IMG/VR virus record: IMGVR_UViG_3300045988_154140 | Location: 1-64,000 of that record | Strand: one strand, 5' to 3' | Length of the DNA: 64,000 nt | Source of the DNA: a virus | Notes under the pieces: model-generated | Seen by the model: the letters and a program-made list of their open reading frames with translations, nothing else | Database searches by the model: none | Told to the model about the DNA's origin: nothing | Program-made: the position numbers and the translations under genes | Shown: positions 62,317-64,000 of the stretch, one piece after another | How positions within the stretch are numbered: the first letter of the stretch is position 1 | Layout: the number at the start of each line of letters is the position of its first letter

Positions 62317-63981
62317 TCAGCCTACGAAGATGCTCTTGCCAGAGTAGGGCTTCCACTCAGTACCGCTGTACTCGTACAGACCCATGGGCTTGCCAGACTC
62401 GTCGTTGATGAGATAGACAATATCCCCAGCAGCAGGAGCCGTCACGTCGGACAGAGTGTTCACGCTCTTCAGCACGGCATCCAAAGCGCTCAGCTTATAG
62501 CCTCCTACCAGAGTGGTGGGACCTACAATCATGCTGTTGAAGGTGTCGAGCTTCACGCAGTCATCCTTGATGTAGTACTGAGACTTGGCCTCGCGTACTT
62601 CGCCGCCCTCTCCCTTCTCGTGGTTGATGTTGATGGTCTTGCCCGACTGATAGTAGAAGTGCTTGGCCTCCTCAACAGAGAAGATGATGGCGCACTCGCT
62701 GTAGCCGATGTCGTTCAGGCCGTACTCATGGACGAAGTTGAACTTGCCGAAGTTACTCTCAAACGAGGTAATCTTAATCTTCGTGCTCTCGTCCGTGTAG
62801 TTGCGCACCGTATATTCCTTATGCTTGGAGAAGTCGATGTTCAGCAGGCGCTGGATGAACTTGGTACCGCAGTAGGCAGTCAGCTCGTTGGGCGTGTCGT
62901 ACTTGCCGCACAGCATAGCCTGTATGCCTATCAAGTCCTCAAAGTCTATCTGGCCATCGCTCAACTCGTAGCCAAGGCGCAGCTGACGCATGATACCATT
63001 CTCCGTGTAGGCGGTCTCAGTACCTGTACGCTCGTTGTGCTTGTAGAACTTGGCGGGAGCGCTGATGAGCATACTACGGGTACACTCTCTGCGGAACATC
63101 TCAAGGTTCCAGTCCTTAATGTCCTGCACGTTCCACTGAGCCTTCTTCTTGATACGCTCGAACAGCTCGGTATAGGTGATGGCGCATACCTTCTTCTGCA
63201 AGTAGCACTGGGTCTCGATGGGCAGAGCGTTGTTGGGCTCCACCTCCACCTCGCTCTCACTCAAGGCGGGAGCCATGGGGAAGAAGGTCGTGCCAGCTGC
63301 TATCTCAGGAACGGTGGTAGTGGGGTCGCTGGCGCTCTTGCTGGGTCCGTTCAGCGCGCGAACGGTGATACCAGTAGTGCTCTTGTCAACAACGAACAGC
63401 ACCAGAGGGGTGTTGTCCTTCACCTGTCCCTTGTAGCCAAGGGGAGCGCCTACCATGATGGTAGCGTTGCGGCGGATGAGTTTCCAGTCATTCTTGGCAA
63501 TCTCGGTAGAGGTAAGGGTAACCTCCTCTTCACCGCCAGTAATCTTGCCGATGCTGGTAAACTCCATGACGGCCTCGCCTACCTCCCAGTTCGTGGGCTC
63601 CTTGGTGTCAACCTTGATTTGCCTTGCCTTACGCAGAATGTCGGTGTGCAAGGGAAATCGGTACGCGCGAAACTTCGACACATAGTCATCGATGTGGTTT
63701 TCAGTCACGCCTGCCTGGTCAAGAGCACTGCCTGTAGCGGCGGCACTCTGCTGGTCAAGTCCCTTCTGTGGGCTGTCGGGGGTAGCACCCTCCAGCGGGG
63801 TATCCGCGTTGGGGTCGTTCTTCACCGCCTCATCAGTGCCGTCAGGATCCGCGGTGGTGCGGCCTACATCATCAAGGCCGACTGCTGCCATAGCCATGCC
63901 GCCGCTGGCGAAGGAAGCCAGAACACTAAGCACCAGCACAAGGAAGTGAAGGGGCTTGAACTCTCTCAGAATTTGCTTCAT
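62317..63981 (-). CDS. putative major capsid protein with unusual hydrophobic N-terminus
   Basis: 554 aa followed by a strong hairpin; position in the head module. Family not verified. N-terminal LHFLVLVLSVLASFASGGMAMAAV. Confidence 0.5.
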   Translation of the reverse strand: MKQILREFKPLHFLVLVLSVLASFASGGMAMAAVGLDDVGRTTADPDGTDEAVKNDPNADTPLEGATPDSPQKGLDQQSAAATGSALDQAGVTENHIDDYVSKFRAYRFPLHTDILRKARQIKVDTKEPTNWEVGEAVMEFTSIGKITGGEEEVTLTSTEIAKNDWKLIRRNATIMVGAPLGYKGQVKDNTPLVLFVVDKSTTGITVRALNGPSKSASDPTTTVPEIAAGTTFFPMAPALSESEVEVEPNNALPIETQCYLQKKVCAITYTELFERIKKKAQWNVQDIKDWNLEMFRRECTRSMLISAPAKFYKHNERTGTETAYTENGIMRQLRLGYELSDGQIDFEDLIGIQAMLCGKYDTPNELTAYCGTKFIQRLLNIDFSKHKEYTVRNYTDESTKIKITSFESNFGKFNFVHEYGLNDIGYSECAIIFSVEEAKHFYYQSGKTININHEKGEGGEVREAKSQYYIKDDCVKLDTFNSMIVGPTTLVGGYKLSALDAVLKSVNTLSDVTAPAAGDIVYLINDESGKPMGLYEYSGTEWKPYSGKSIFVG

Positions 63982-64000
63982 ACTTCTAACTTATCAAATT

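Larger units (their letters stand above)
1..64000. mobile_element. Temperate tailed-phage genome segment (prophage or circular phage contig), probable Bacteroidota host
   Basis: Contiguous portal, capsid, lysis, replication, repressor and integrase genes; TAnnTTTG -7 boxes before several operons; no host housekeeping genes seen. Confidence 0.85.

Noticed and set aside
1-64000. Stop-codon recoding (TAG/TGA reassignment), as seen in some gut phages that carry odd tRNAs
   Set aside because: Standard-code ORFs of up to 5142 aa are intact across all modules and gene packing is tight. There is no sign of in-frame stops requiring suppression.

Overview
The window is almost entirely tailed-phage DNA from a temperate phage (a prophage or a circular phage contig). 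The host is probably a Bacteroidota member, because several operon starts carry the Bacteroides-type -7 promoter box TAnnTTTG. All domain calls come from motif recognition by eye; no alignment, HMM or folding search was run.

Layout by coordinate:
- 1-1680: gene-free, iteron-rich DNA.
- 2424-17852 (-): one 5142-aa 'polyvalent' multidomain protein, with two co-oriented genes upstream of it.
- 19.6-38.6 kb (-): early/replication module. It contains SNF2 helicase, a PP-loop PAPS-reductase-like gene, a scrambled C5-methyltransferase-like gene, beta-helix paralogs, a MazG-like gene, a DUF2829/Tad2-like fusion, VRR-NUC, a VirE-type primase-helicase, family-A DNA polymerase, two tRNA-like RNAs, a gp2.5-like SSB and a DUF2800 nuclease.
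- 38.6-39.35 kb: divergent switch region with phased T-tracts.
- 39.36-42.6 kb (+): lysogeny module, made of an XRE repressor, four membrane/secreted proteins and a tyrosine integrase.
- 42.6-64 kb: morphogenesis. It contains a 1229-aa structural protein, portal, four tandem paralogs on the + strand, small virion genes, tail-fibre-like genes, a holin/GH24 lysozyme/u-spanin cassette and a putative major capsid protein.
- 53.2-56.1 kb: a moron island sits inside the morphogenesis region. It carries a Panacea-type TA pair, a DnaA-C-like HTH, a PI-PLC-like phosphodiesterase and a HigBA-like pair.

No terminase, reverse transcriptase, CRISPR array, rRNA or canonical tRNA was seen.

Most interesting items:
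- The non-canonical tRNA-like RNAs that abut the polymerase ATG.
- The permuted, Cys-less, frameshifted MTase-like gene coupled to a PP-loop enzyme.
- The giant polyvalent protein.
- The moron island.
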